From an uncultured Candidatus Rokubacteria bacterium (GTDB lineage: Bacteria > Methylomirabilota > Methylomirabilia > Rokubacteriales > CSP1-6), in the NCBI GenBank assembly GCA_963754315.1, contig CAVWFS010000007.1, forward strand, positions 768,001 through 832,000: a stretch of 64,000 bases of DNA, in the 5' to 3' direction. Of the stretch, positions 10,801-21,550 are shown piece by piece. A program made the position numbers and the translations under genes. Position 1 is the first letter of the stretch, and the number at the start of each line of letters is the position of its first letter. The notes under the pieces were generated by a model. It did no database searches. It worked only from the letters and a program-made list of their open reading frames with translations, and was not told the origin of the DNA.

Positions 10801-12243
10801 GACCTCTTCGGCGAGAGCCCGGCCCTCGCTCGTGAGAGCGGCCGCTTGCTCGGAGCGAGCGCGCTGGCGCCGCAGCTCCTCCTGCTGGACTGTGAGCGCC
10901 GCGGTGGCGCTCCCGCGAAGCTCGACGACTTCTCGGGTCAGACCGGCCGTCGCGGCCATCTCGTCGAGCCCCTTGATGCTCTCCAGGCTCTCGGCAAAGG
11001 CGCCCCGGGCGAACGCGGCGGCTCCTTCATCGAGGCGGCGCCGGACCTCGGCGCGGCGGCGCACATCCTCCGCCTGCCGGCGCGCCTCGGCCAGAGCGGC
11101 CGCCGCCGGTTCGTGCTCGGGTAACTGGCCGGTCATCGCTTCGAGCGTGCTCACCGCCTCGTCGAACGCTCCGGCCTGGATCATCTCGAGAGCACGCTGG
11201 TATGCCGGCTTCAGCGCTTCGGCCTTCTCCAGGAGCGCCTGTAGTCGCTCGATCCGCCGGCCCAGGCTCTGGTTGAGCGTCTCCAGGGTCGCCACCCGCG
11301 CCTGCCCGTCGGTGGCGATCGGGCTGGTGGCGTCCGAGACGGCCCCGAGGTGGGTTGCGAGGGCAGCCTCCAACTCGCGGATGCGCCCGAGCTTCGCTTC
11401 GACCTCGGCGCGCAGGCGCTGCGCCTCCTCAACGAAACGGCGCTGCACACTGGCGAGTTCTCCACGCATCTCGCCGAGATCGGCAAAGCGCTGCGCGGGG
11501 TCCTTGCGAAGGGCGCGGTCGATGATGGCGCTCAGATCGGCCGGGATGGTCGGATCCACCGCGCTGGGGGTCGGAGGCTCCTCGGACCGTAGCTGCTCGA
11601 GGATCTGCATAGGGTCAGGGCCCGCGAAGGGCGGGCGCAAGGTGAGCAGCTCATAGAAGACGGCGCCCACCGAGAAGATATCCGAGCGGTGATCGGCCCG
11701 CCCCCTCACCTGCTCGGGCGAGATGTAACGCAGGGTCCCTACCACGAGACCGGTTCGGGTGAGGTTGGTCTCGGAAGCCACGTGCGCGAGGCCGAAGTCG
11801 AGGATCTTCACGAGACCGTTGCGCAGGATGAAGATGTTGCCGGGTTTGACGTCGCGATGAACGATCCCCTGCTGGTGGGCGTAGTGGAGACCTTCACAGA
11901 CCTGGACCATGATGGCCAGCTTGTCCTCGAGCACCAGGCTCTGGCGGGTCGCGATCAGCTGCCGCATTTCGCGGCCCTCCAGGAATTCCATCACAATGAA
12001 GAGCTGGCCCTCCTCCTCGCCCATGTCGTAGACGGTCACGATGTTGGGGTGGTTGAGGCGGGCACAGGCCTGGGCCTCGCGGAAGAAGCGCGCGCGGATT
12101 TCCTCGGTGACGTCGATGTCGTTGGCGATGACCTTGAGGGCGACCAGGCGCTCCAGCAGGGGGTCGCGGGCCTTGTAGACCATGCCCATACCCCCCCGGC
12201 CTATTCGCTCGAGGATCTGATACTTGCCAATCTTTCGAATCAT
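4834..12243 (-). CDS. Giant (~2,470 aa) transmembrane Hanks-type Ser/Thr kinase with ~21 helical DUF4398-like repeats and a C-terminal PEGA-like domain; split by two apparent frameshifts (~8315 and ~7050-7200)
   Basis: Kinase motifs GRGGMGMVY, VALK, HRDVKPGN, DFG, GTLRYISPE. The repeat pattern continues across ORFs 8185..12243, 6606..8381 and 4834..7002. TM helix 'RRRLVVGAGAGVVVVLVALVLAL'. PEGA-like 'GSVLVRSNVAGAAVSV...LPVGTYPVRARLSGYKEW'. Confidence 0.8.
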
Positions 12244-12274
12244 GCGCGGACCGATTCCTCGGCGCCGGACCTCG

Positions 12275-13030
12275 CTACGCCGTGTAGCTGGCCAGGATTA
12301 CGCTGATATTGTCGCGACCTCCTTCGGCGTTCGCGTTTGCCACCAGCTCGTCGCACGCGCGCTCGAGATGCTCGCCGTTGCGGGAGATGGTCTCGAGGAT
12401 CTGCGTGTCTGACAGCATGTTGGTGAGGCCGTCAGAGCACAGGAGCACGGTATCCCCCACGCTCAGGGGGCTATCCTTGATCTCGAACTCCACGTCGTCA
12501 CGGGCCCCCAGGGCCTTGGTCAGCACGTTCTTCATGTTTGCGGCGGGCGCGTCGTCGCGCGCCTGCGACTCCCACCCGAAATTGGCCCAGGAATCGTCCC
12601 GGGTGAGCTGGAGGATGACCCCCTTCCGGACAAGGTAGATCCGACTGTCCCCGACGTGCGTATAGGTCATGATCGGTCGACGGGCGGAGATCATCACCAC
12701 CACCACGGTGGTGCCCATCCCTGTGTACTCGTCGGCGGAGGCCGCCTTGCGAAACACCGTACGATTGGCCAACTTGACGGCCGTCCGCAGTCGATTGCCG
12801 TTGTATGAGATGTGGGGATCGAAGCCATACGGCCACGTCAGCTCCGGGTCCTCCCCCGAGCGCCGCACGAAGGCGGCGATGGTATCGACGGCCAGCTTGG
12901 CGGCCACCTCACCCGCCTTGTGGCCGCCCATGCCGTCGCAGAGGATGAAGAGCCCCTCCTCGGCCAGGATAGCGTCTTCGTTGAGGGGGCGCCTCCGCCC
13001 GATGTCCGTTCGCGCGCTGTACACAATCAT
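12275..13030 (-). CDS. PP2C/PPM-family Ser/Thr phosphatase (PrpC/Stp1-like)
   Basis: TDIGRRRPLNED, LCDGMGGHKAGEVA, GMGTT, HVGDSR, LCSDGL and GGRDNIS motifs. Adjacent to the kinase. Confidence 0.93.
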   Translation of the reverse strand: MIVYSARTDIGRRRPLNEDAILAEEGLFILCDGMGGHKAGEVAAKLAVDTIAAFVRRSGEDPELTWPYGFDPHISYNGNRLRTAVKLANRTVFRKAASADEYTGMGTTVVVVMISARRPIMTYTHVGDSRIYLVRKGVILQLTRDDSWANFGWESQARDDAPAANMKNVLTKALGARDDVEFEIKDSPLSVGDTVLLCSDGLTNMLSDTQILETISRNGEHLERACDELVANANAEGGRDNISVILASYTA

Positions 13031-13034
13031 GTGG

Positions 13035-14636
13035 TCATCCTCGCACCTCGTCACTCGCGCTTCTCACCGTCTCCGATGCTGGTCGAGTAGAGCTCCGCGC
13101 CCCCTTCACTCGGAAGGCGCGCAATTCACCCTCGTGCTTGGTGCCGATGGTCGTCGCCTCAGCCAGCACGCTCTTCCAGACCCGCTCGTGGGTCTCGGGG
13201 CTGATCAGGATGGCTCCCGCCGGGGCGGCATCGCAGTAGCGGGTGGCCCGGTTGACGGCGTCCCCGATCACGGTGAACTCCATACGCTCGTGAGAGCCCA
13301 CGAAGCCGTGAATCACTTCCCCGCAGTGCACGCCGATGCCGATCTCGCAGATGACCTGATGGGAGGCCGTCCGCCTCGTGTTGGCCTGCTGCATGGCCGC
13401 CTGCATGGCGATGGCGGCCTGCACCGCCTTCTCCCAGTGGTCCGGATCAGGTTCGGGGCTGCCGAAGACCGCGAGGATGGCATCCCCCACAAACTTGTCG
13501 ATGGTCCCGTCGAACTTGAAGATGACCTCGACCAGGAGGGAGAAGTAGTCGTTGAGGAGGTCGACCACGTCGCCGGCGTCCATGCTGGCGCTCATGCGGG
13601 TAAAGCCACGGATGTCCGAAGCCAGGATGGTCACCTCGGACTTCTCCCCGCCCAGACGCAGCCGCTGACGGCCAGCCCGCTCCAGCAGGCACGTGCGCAC
13701 TTTGGGTGAGAAATTGGCCAGCAGTCGCTGCAAGGTCGTCGCGTTGTGCTTCATCTCCTCGTGCATCTGGCGATGCATCACGGCCATCGCCGCATGATGG
13801 GCGACGGCCACCAGAAACTGAAGCGACGCGTCGGTGAACACGTCCGCCGGCGAGTCGTTGCCGACGCAGATCACGCCCAAGGTCTGGTCTCCCCACGCGA
13901 ACGGCGCGTACATGCCGGAGCGGATGGCGAATTCGGCCTGGCTGACCGTGGGATCGATGCCGACCCGCCAGATGAAGGCTTCATGGCTGTCCATGGCCCG
14001 TTGGGCCAGGGTCAGGCTGACGGCGGGCTGACCCATCGGCACGTGGGCCTTCAGCAGGAGCTTTCCGGACGGATCTTTGACGAGCAGCGCACCGCGGGTC
14101 GCGCCGGGAATGGCCGACACCACCCGCTCGACGATCGCCTCCAGCAGGGTCTCGAGACCGCTCTTCTCTCCGAGATGGAGGGGAAGGGCGTACAGCGCGG
14201 CCAGCCAGCGCGCCGATTCGGACGAGGTGGCGTCGTGCGTGAAGGCCGGCGCCTGGGCTTCCCGTGCGTGCTTGATCTCGACGGCGCCCGCGTGCCCTCC
14301 GGTCAGGGCGTCGAGGTCAACGATCTGCGTGCGGTCGGATGTGAGCTCCGGAAGCGTGACCGTGGTTTCACCGAACCGGAGCACGTCACCCGGACCCAGC
14401 TGGAGCTTCCCGCGGATCCGGTCGCCGTTGACAAAGGTCCCGTTACGGCTCCCGAGGTCCTCGACCCACCATCCCCCACCCTCCGTCCAGAGTCGCGCGT
14501 GCGGACGGGACACGGTCTGGTCGGGGGAGAGATCGAGACCAAGCGGGGCACCGTCCTTTGGACGGCCGATCACCAGCTCATTGGCGTCGCTGTCGACCGT
14601 CCATTGCTTGTCCCGAAACGAGCAGGCGATCTGCAT
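13035..14636 (-). CDS. FHA-GAF-class III adenylate/guanylate cyclase
   Basis: FHA (IGR...VSRPHA...DLGSRNGTFVNG), central GAF, and cyclase motifs SDIRGFT, DKFVGDAILAVFG, FTVIGDAVNRATR. Confidence 0.92.
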   Translation of the reverse strand: MQIACSFRDKQWTVDSDANELVIGRPKDGAPLGLDLSPDQTVSRPHARLWTEGGGWWVEDLGSRNGTFVNGDRIRGKLQLGPGDVLRFGETTVTLPELTSDRTQIVDLDALTGGHAGAVEIKHAREAQAPAFTHDATSSESARWLAALYALPLHLGEKSGLETLLEAIVERVVSAIPGATRGALLVKDPSGKLLLKAHVPMGQPAVSLTLAQRAMDSHEAFIWRVGIDPTVSQAEFAIRSGMYAPFAWGDQTLGVICVGNDSPADVFTDASLQFLVAVAHHAAMAVMHRQMHEEMKHNATTLQRLLANFSPKVRTCLLERAGRQRLRLGGEKSEVTILASDIRGFTRMSASMDAGDVVDLLNDYFSLLVEVIFKFDGTIDKFVGDAILAVFGSPEPDPDHWEKAVQAAIAMQAAMQQANTRRTASHQVICEIGIGVHCGEVIHGFVGSHERMEFTVIGDAVNRATRYCDAAPAGAILISPETHERVWKSVLAEATTIGTKHEGELRAFRVKGARSSTRPASETVRSASDEVRG

Positions 14637-14776
14637 TGCGCGTTACGTCACCAGCTGCGTGACCGCTGATCCTCCGTTCGACCCGCCGCGTCAATCCAAG
14701 AGTACAGTGTGCTCCCGGTCGCCGCCCACTGTCCACCTAAGGATACGATGTCGGGACCGGGAATAGATCAGGCGGC

Positions 14777-16183
14777 TCAGGAGCGGCCGAGCCGGTCTAG
14801 GCCGTCGTAGGCGGCGTACTTGTACATCTCCCCGAGGGTCGGATAGTTGAAGACCGTGTCGATGAAGGTCTCGAGCGAACCGCCCGCCTGCAACACCATG
14901 AGCCCCACGTGGATCAGCTCGGACGCCGATTCACCGACCACGTGGACCCCGAGCAGCCTCTTGTCCCCGCGGGCAAAGACGAGCTTGAGCTGCCCCGTCA
15001 GGTCGCCCGTGATCTGGCCACGGGCGTTGTGCCGGTACCAGGCGTTGCCGACGACGTAGTCGATCCCGTTGCGCTGGCAACTCTCCTCCGTCTCGCCCAC
15101 CATGGCGACCTCGGGGATCGTGTAGATAGCCATCGGGAAGATCGGGGCGACGCGGGTCTTATATTTCAGATCGAAGGCGTGAACGATGGCCACCCGCGCC
15201 TGCTCCATCGACGTCGAGGCCAGGGCCGGAAATCCGAGGACGTCACCAGCCGCATAGATGTGAGGGACTTGTGTCTGGTAGTGCTCGTTGACTTTGATCG
15301 CCCCCCGCTCAGTGCAGGAAACCCCGATCGTGTCGAGCCCGAGCCCCTGGGTGTTGCCCACCCGCCCTGCCGCGAACAGGACGGCGTCCACGCTGACCAT
15401 CGTGCCTCCCGCCAAGGTGACGGCCAGGCTGCTCGGGCCCGGCTCGATAGTCTGGATACTCTCGCGAAGCCGCACGCGCACGCCGACGGCCCCCATCTGG
15501 ACAAGCAGCCGGTCCGCGATCTCGGCGTCCAGGAAGGAGAGCAAGCGCTCCCGGCCATCGATGAGGGTCACCGCGACTCCCAAGGCGGCGAACATCGTGC
15601 CGTACTCGCACCCGATGATCCCCGCCCCCACCACAGCCATGCTCGACGGGATGCGGTCAATAGCCAGGATCGAGTCGCTGTCGAAGAGGCGAGGGTCGTG
15701 GAAAGGCATGTTGCCAGGTCGGCTGGGTACGGATCCGGTGGCGATCAGGATGACGTCGCCGTGGAGAACTCGATCGGGATGGGACGGCGAGCGGACCCTT
15801 ACTCGGTGAGTATCGTCGAAGCTGGCCTGGCCTCGCACCAGATCGATGCGATGGCGGGCAAGGTTGGCTCGTACCAGCTCGCGCAACTCCTGCACAACGT
15901 GTGTCTCGCGGTACATGAAATCGCGAACGCTCAGTTCCTTCTTGACCGAGTAGTCGATGCCGTAGAGGCCACGCTGGCGCAGGCCCGAAAAGTAGAGGGC
16001 GGTCTCCCGAAGCGTCTTGGAAGGCACGGTACCGGTGTTGATGCCGGCGCCTCCGAGCTGTGGCGCCTGCTCGATCAGGGCGACGCGCTTGCCGAAGTAA
16101 GCCGCCTGCGCCGCCCCCTTCTCCCCAGCGGGTCCGCCCCCGATGACGACCAGATCGTAGTGCTCTGCCGACGCCTCGCTCAT
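14777..16183 (-). CDS. sthA: Si-specific soluble NAD(P)+ transhydrogenase
   Basis: GGGPAG FAD motif, GTVPSKTLRE without the redox CxxxxC, GFPALASTSMEQAR, FNYPTL.E.YKYAA C-terminus. Confidence 0.9.
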   Translation of the reverse strand: MSEASAEHYDLVVIGGGPAGEKGAAQAAYFGKRVALIEQAPQLGGAGINTGTVPSKTLRETALYFSGLRQRGLYGIDYSVKKELSVRDFMYRETHVVQELRELVRANLARHRIDLVRGQASFDDTHRVRVRSPSHPDRVLHGDVILIATGSVPSRPGNMPFHDPRLFDSDSILAIDRIPSSMAVVGAGIIGCEYGTMFAALGVAVTLIDGRERLLSFLDAEIADRLLVQMGAVGVRVRLRESIQTIEPGPSSLAVTLAGGTMVSVDAVLFAAGRVGNTQGLGLDTIGVSCTERGAIKVNEHYQTQVPHIYAAGDVLGFPALASTSMEQARVAIVHAFDLKYKTRVAPIFPMAIYTIPEVAMVGETEESCQRNGIDYVVGNAWYRHNARGQITGDLTGQLKLVFARGDKRLLGVHVVGESASELIHVGLMVLQAGGSLETFIDTVFNYPTLGEMYKYAAYDGLDRLGRS

Positions 16184-17447
16184 TTCCCGAACTGCGCCTG
16201 GAACCCCTTGATGGCGGTGGCGAAGCTCTTGGCGTCATACTTCGATGGCTGTTCCGGCAACGCCTCGAAGACCTTGTCGAGGGCGTCGCTGGCCGCCTTG
16301 GGCAACCGCTGCCCTTTCGACCGATAGAACGCCAGGGACAGCCGGTCGAGAGCCATGGCCGTCTGCTCCGCGGACCGGAGCCCACGACCGCTGATGGGAT
16401 CGGCGGCGGCCCCGATGCTGTCCACGAGCTTCTGGGTCTCAGCCTGGGTGAATTCGCGCTTGGCGACCGCGCCGGCCTGCTGCGTCATCGTCTGGACGAT
16501 CTTGGCCGCTGTCGCGCCCATGGCCGCTCGGTCACCCTTCTTGACCTGCTCGGTGAGGGTGGCCACATCCTGCTCCAAACTACGCTGAGCCGCCGGCGCC
16601 ACCACGCCGAGAAGCGGGCCGACGACCGCCGCGTGACCGACGACCTTCTGGTTGGCGTCCTCCAGGAGCCGGGCCGGAGCATTTCCCTTGGCTCCGATCC
16701 CCCAGCTGCTTGGCGGCCTCCCGGAGGGCCACGATCTGCCCGAGCGCCCACGCCCGTGCGCCAGACAGGGGCGGCTCCGTTCGGTAGTGCGGCGGCTGGC
16801 TCATGTTCCGGGAGAAGGTGTCGAGCTCGAATGCCAGCAGGTCCGGATGCCCGGCCGCCACCATGTCGGCATCGATGGCCAGGTGACACGACACGCAGTT
16901 CTCGGCACGCAAGAGGAGATCCCGGGTGTCGTACATGCCGAGTTTCACCGACTGCTCATGCGTCCACCCTTTCTCGGCATGAGATTCGAGCCATTTCTCC
17001 GCCGGTCCGTGACACCCTTCGCAGTGCACACCGTCGGTGATGTCGAACTTGGGGCCCCGCTGAGCGGGCTTGGCGTTCACGGCATGGCACACGAGGCACC
17101 GGTCGCTCGTCTCCGCCTTGGCGATGCCAAGCTTCTTGGCCATGGCGGACGGGCTCACACCCGACTTGAGCCGCTCGTTGGTGAGCGTCTCGTAGGCCTT
17201 GGCGTGCTTGTCCTTCTGCTGCCAGATGATGTTCTCGTTCATCTTCGGAAAGTCGGCGCGGGGAGTCGCGTTCGCCGTGGCACTTGGACCCGCCGCACGA
17301 GGCACCCCCCGTGAACTTCAGGGCAGCCTGCGCGTGGGCATCCTGTACCGAGAGGCCGCCCCTGTCCCCTGGACGCGGCTCGCCCGACAGGACGAGCAGC
17401 AGGAGCGCACCCACGCCCACCAGAACCCATCCGAGACCTCGTCGCAT
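16180..17447 (-). CDS. Exported tetraheme cytochrome c (c554-like domain plus helical C-terminal domain); frameshifted at ~17275 and ~16600-16680
   Basis: Signal/TM 'MRRGLGWVLVGVGALLLL'. Heme motifs CGGSKCH, CLVCH, GVHCEGCHGP, CVSCH and 'MVAAGHP.L.FELD'. Assembled from ORFs 16956..17600, 16580..17305 and 16180..16605. Confidence 0.75.
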
Positions 17448-17478
17448 TCGGCTCACCTCGCGTCCCTCCCCAGCATCG

Positions 17479-20400
17479 TCATTCGCGTCCTCTTCGTGGG
17501 CGCGACGGCGCCGCGGGCGCGGCCGGCTCGTCCCGCTTTGGCGGCGCGATCTCGCGCGGCGATGACGGCGGTTCGTCGACCACGCTGTAGAGCCGCCCAT
17601 CGCGCAGATACAGCCGCTGCATCTCGGCCAGGTTGAACGGCCGTGACCCGACGCGATTGAAGACGGCGATCTGGTTGCCGCTCTCGTCCACCGCGCGATC
17701 GCGATCGATTCCCTTCGAGATCGCCAGCGCCGGTCCCCGCGTCTTGGCGGTGGCGATGAGCTGTGGCGTCGGCTTTGGGCTGAAGCCGAGATAGGTCGGC
17801 GTCTCCTTGGGAGACGTCAGCTGCAGCACGCGCAGCCCGTTGCGCCCGTCGGCGACGTAGGCGAACACGCTGGCATTGGTCATGCCGATCTTCACGTCCG
17901 TTGTGTCGTTCATGACCCCGTTGGCGTTGTACGTCTGCTCCAGCGCGGGCTGCTCAGGGCGCTCCACGTCGATGATGGCCAGCCCCTCGGCCCCGTTGGC
18001 CACGTAGGCGTAGGTGCGTGCCACGTACAGACCGCGGGCGTCGGCCAGGCGCAGGGTCGCGTTCGGTATCACCCGCGGCCGGGCGGGCGTCGGTCACATC
18101 GACGACTTTCAGTCCCTCGGCGTCGGTCACGAAGGCGTAGCGGAACTGGATGGCTACCGCTCGCGGCTTGACGAGAGCGGGCGCCTCGACGGTCGCCACC
18201 ACGCGGGGGCTGAGCGGCTCGTTGAGATCCACCACCACCATCCCACGATCGGCGAGGACGTAGGCGTAGGTACCGGCGATGGCAATATTCACGGCGCCGC
18301 GCAGGATGCCGTCGGGATTGAAGGCCAGGGCGCGCTCCAGAAAGTTATTGCTGGGATCGCCGTCGAGCAAGGTGGCCACACCGGGCCGGTTGGGGCTATC
18401 GGCGGGGTTGCCGACGACGACGAGCCCTTCCTCCCGGTCTGTCACATAGATGTATGCGTAGAGCGGGTGGATCTTCGGCTCCTCGTTCTCGGGGCGCTGC
18501 GTTCGCGTGGGATCGACGGCCAAGGTGGTGGGGGCCGCCACCGCGGTGGCGAACTTCGTCTTCACGTACAGACGCTGGCCGAGCGGCGAGACCGGCGCCG
18601 TCACGATCCGTTCCGAGAACCCTTTCTGATCGATCTGGGCCACGTCGTAGGCGCGGAAGCCGCCCCGCCCGTTCGCCGTGTACAGGTATTCGCCGCGCAG
18701 CTGAATGCCCAGGACCTCGTCGCGGCCGAACAGATCGAGCACATCCCGCCCGCGGTGATGGTATTTCTCACCCAAGAGACCGCCGTCCTTGGTGTGCTTG
18801 GTGTAATTGGTCGGGTAGGCGACCTGGTGCAGGTAGCTACCGATGACCGCCTGCGGCTCCTCGCGCTCCGTCACCACCACCGCTTCCAGCCCCGCCTTGC
18901 CTTCCGCCACGTACACGAAGCGGCCCAGGAAGTTGTAGAAGTTGGTGCCCTGCATGAGCAACTGCGCCATCCAGGCGTTGTTGTCGTTGCGGCCCGACAC
19001 GTGGCAGTCCGTACAGGTCTTCGTCTCCGTGGCCCGGACCGTATGCGGAACAAACGTGCTGAAGGAGTGGCCGCTGAAACCCTCCGCAGAGACGGTCTGC
19101 TGCTGGGAGTAGACCCACTCCCGGTTGGCGTTCTGGGAACCCACCAGCACCGCGCACGACGAGCGGGCGGGCGAGATTCGTCGGCCGGCGCTGGTGCCGT
19201 CGAGCGCGAGCATGAAAACATCGTCCCGCAGGGTCTGGAAGTTGTACTGGGTCCAGTTGCGCTGGACGTCCCCTCGAAGTGCAGCATCGGCCTTCGCTCG
19301 TTGGCCCGCATGGGCAGGTGGCAGCCGAAGCAGCTGGTCACCCACGAGGTGTGGCACGTCTGGCACGTCATGCGCGAGTCGGCGTGGGCTAGCTCGGCTC
19401 CCTCCCGGTCCTTGGGCACGGCATCACCCCAGGTCGTGCCGTCGCGCGCGCAGGGTCTTGGCCAGTCGCGATTTCTGGGCGCGCTCGGGATTCGCGACGG
19501 CCCAGTCGGAAGCGGGACTGATCGAGTCCAACACCTGCACCACTTCCCACGCCAGGCCTTCCTTCACCATGGAGCGCTGGGTCAGCCGATCGCCTTGCCA
19601 CTGGAAGCGGCGCTGGCCAAAGGGCGTGCGCAGCTGCGCGAGGTCCGTACCGCCCGGCGGCGCGGCCGGGCCTGACGTGCGTAAGGTCGCACGTTCTCGG
19701 ATGGTGCCGTGACAATCCGAACAGGTGATCTCGATCGCGGCCCGCGTCTCACCGTAGAGCTTGCCGTTACCGTGGGCGTCCTGCTTGAAGTGGCAGTCCG
19801 TGCAGTGCATGCCCTTTTCGAGATGGATGTCTTTGAGGTGGACCGCCTTCTCGAACCGCTGCGGATCGTCGCGGCGCTACCACTGCGCTCTTCGCGTCGA
19901 GGAGGTTACCCTTGCGGTCCTGCTTGTACACGGCCCGGAAGACCCAGCCGTGCCCGTGGAAGTCCGCAAACTGGGTGCGGGTGAGGCGCGGGTTGAGGTC
20001 GGTGATGTTGTTGAGAAACGCCGGGTCCGACCACTTGCCACGCACGGCCGACCCCTCCGGATTCGCCGATTCGATCGCGGCGACCTCCCGGGCGCTCAGG
20101 TTCTTCTCCTTCTCGGGATACATCAGATCCCCGTCGGTCTCGTTGTCCCACCACGTGTAGCCGTAGATAACTCTGGGTCACCGTCGTCCCTGGGTGCATG
20201 TGGCACACCACGCACTGGCTCGAGGGGATCGAGTTGGTGAACCGGTGCTTGATCGGGTGGCCCGACTGGCCCTTGCGGAATGGTGGGATCCGTGGTGGCC
20301 GTGTGGCCCAGGTTTCCGTGCTCGGCATAGGGACCGGAGTGGGCCGGCGACCGATCGTTCGCGTAGATCACGTGGCAGGCCGAACAGCCGCTGGATCGGA

Positions 20401-21518
20401 AGTCGCCTGGATGGTCATTGGTGCCGAGCAGGGACAGCAGCGGGTCGAACAGACGGGTCCGTTGCAGATTCAGCCATACGGGATCGGTCCGATTGAGGGT
20501 TCCGAAGCCGCGCGCGCTCAACCGGTTGGCTGGCCGACCAGGCAATTCGTCAACGAAGGGAATACCGAGCTCCAGCGGGCGCTGCCCGCCCCGCTCGAAG
20601 ATCCGGAGCACGTTACCCGGCTGGCCGATCTCGAAGCGCGGGAGAGGCTCGAGGAACTGGAGCACCCCTCGCTTGGTCGATCTCCTCCAGGGTGGGCGGG
20701 GGCGTCGTGTACAGACGCTGACCAAGCCCATCGGGCCCGTAGCTCTCACCGAACTGGGGACGCTTGAGAGGAAAGCTGCCGTTGTTGTAGAGAGCGGCCG
20801 ACCACAGCATCGGCCCCGTGGTCATCATGCTCTTCTCCACCTGCTTGACCTCGGCCGTGTGGCATCCCCCACAGACGAGGGCCGCCACCCGGAGATCACC
20901 CGGGTTGAAGAAGCGAATGAACTCCGCGCTCTCCTGGTTGAGAAGCGCATAGGAACGCACGGGGTTGGCGGAGCTTCGCCACAGGTCGCGCAGGCGCGGC
21001 TGGACGTGGGCGACATTCTTCACCGCCTGGTACGCCGACGAATCGGGAGTGACCGACGCCTGTCGCACGGCGTCGCCGCGGCCGCCATGACAGTCGACGC
21101 ACGCGAGCTTGACCGTCGGGTCCTGATGCATGTTGGCGGAGTCCGTTGCGGTATGGCAGCTCACACAGCCCACGTTCTTCTTGTCGACCTCCGCCTGACT
21201 CTGCCGGCTCAGGTCGGGACCCATGCGCGGATCGGGCGCGGCCGGAGCTGGCGCCTTCTCGGCTTCAGCAGGAGGCGGCGTCGTCGGGGTACTCTCTGGC
21301 GGGGCCTCGTCGCCGCCTCGCCGTATGCGTTGGGCCAGCTGCACCAGACCGTCGGCGGCCGAGGCCGGCGCCGGGGATGGCGCCGAGACCAGACTGCCTT
21401 CGCGCCAGACGATATGATCCGGCCAGGCGAGCATGGTCAGCCCCGCCGCCCCCACCAGCATGGCGGCCACCAATCCGATCAGCCGCCACCAGCGTCCCGA
21501 TTCTCTCTCAGTAGGCAA
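17479..21518 (-). CDS. Large (~1,345 aa) ~decaheme cytochrome c fused to LVIVD-repeat beta-propeller(s); multiple apparent frameshifts
   Basis: Reading across consecutive ORFs gives CVSCH, CVDCH, CGGCH, CSACH, CVVCH, CTDCH, CSDCH, CQTCH, CFGCH, CTDCH. C-terminal repeats [48 protein letters not shown]-terminal signal/anchor. Confidence 0.8.
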
Positions 21519-21550
21519 AGGTCACTGGCTCACGAGGTGATGTGATCGTC

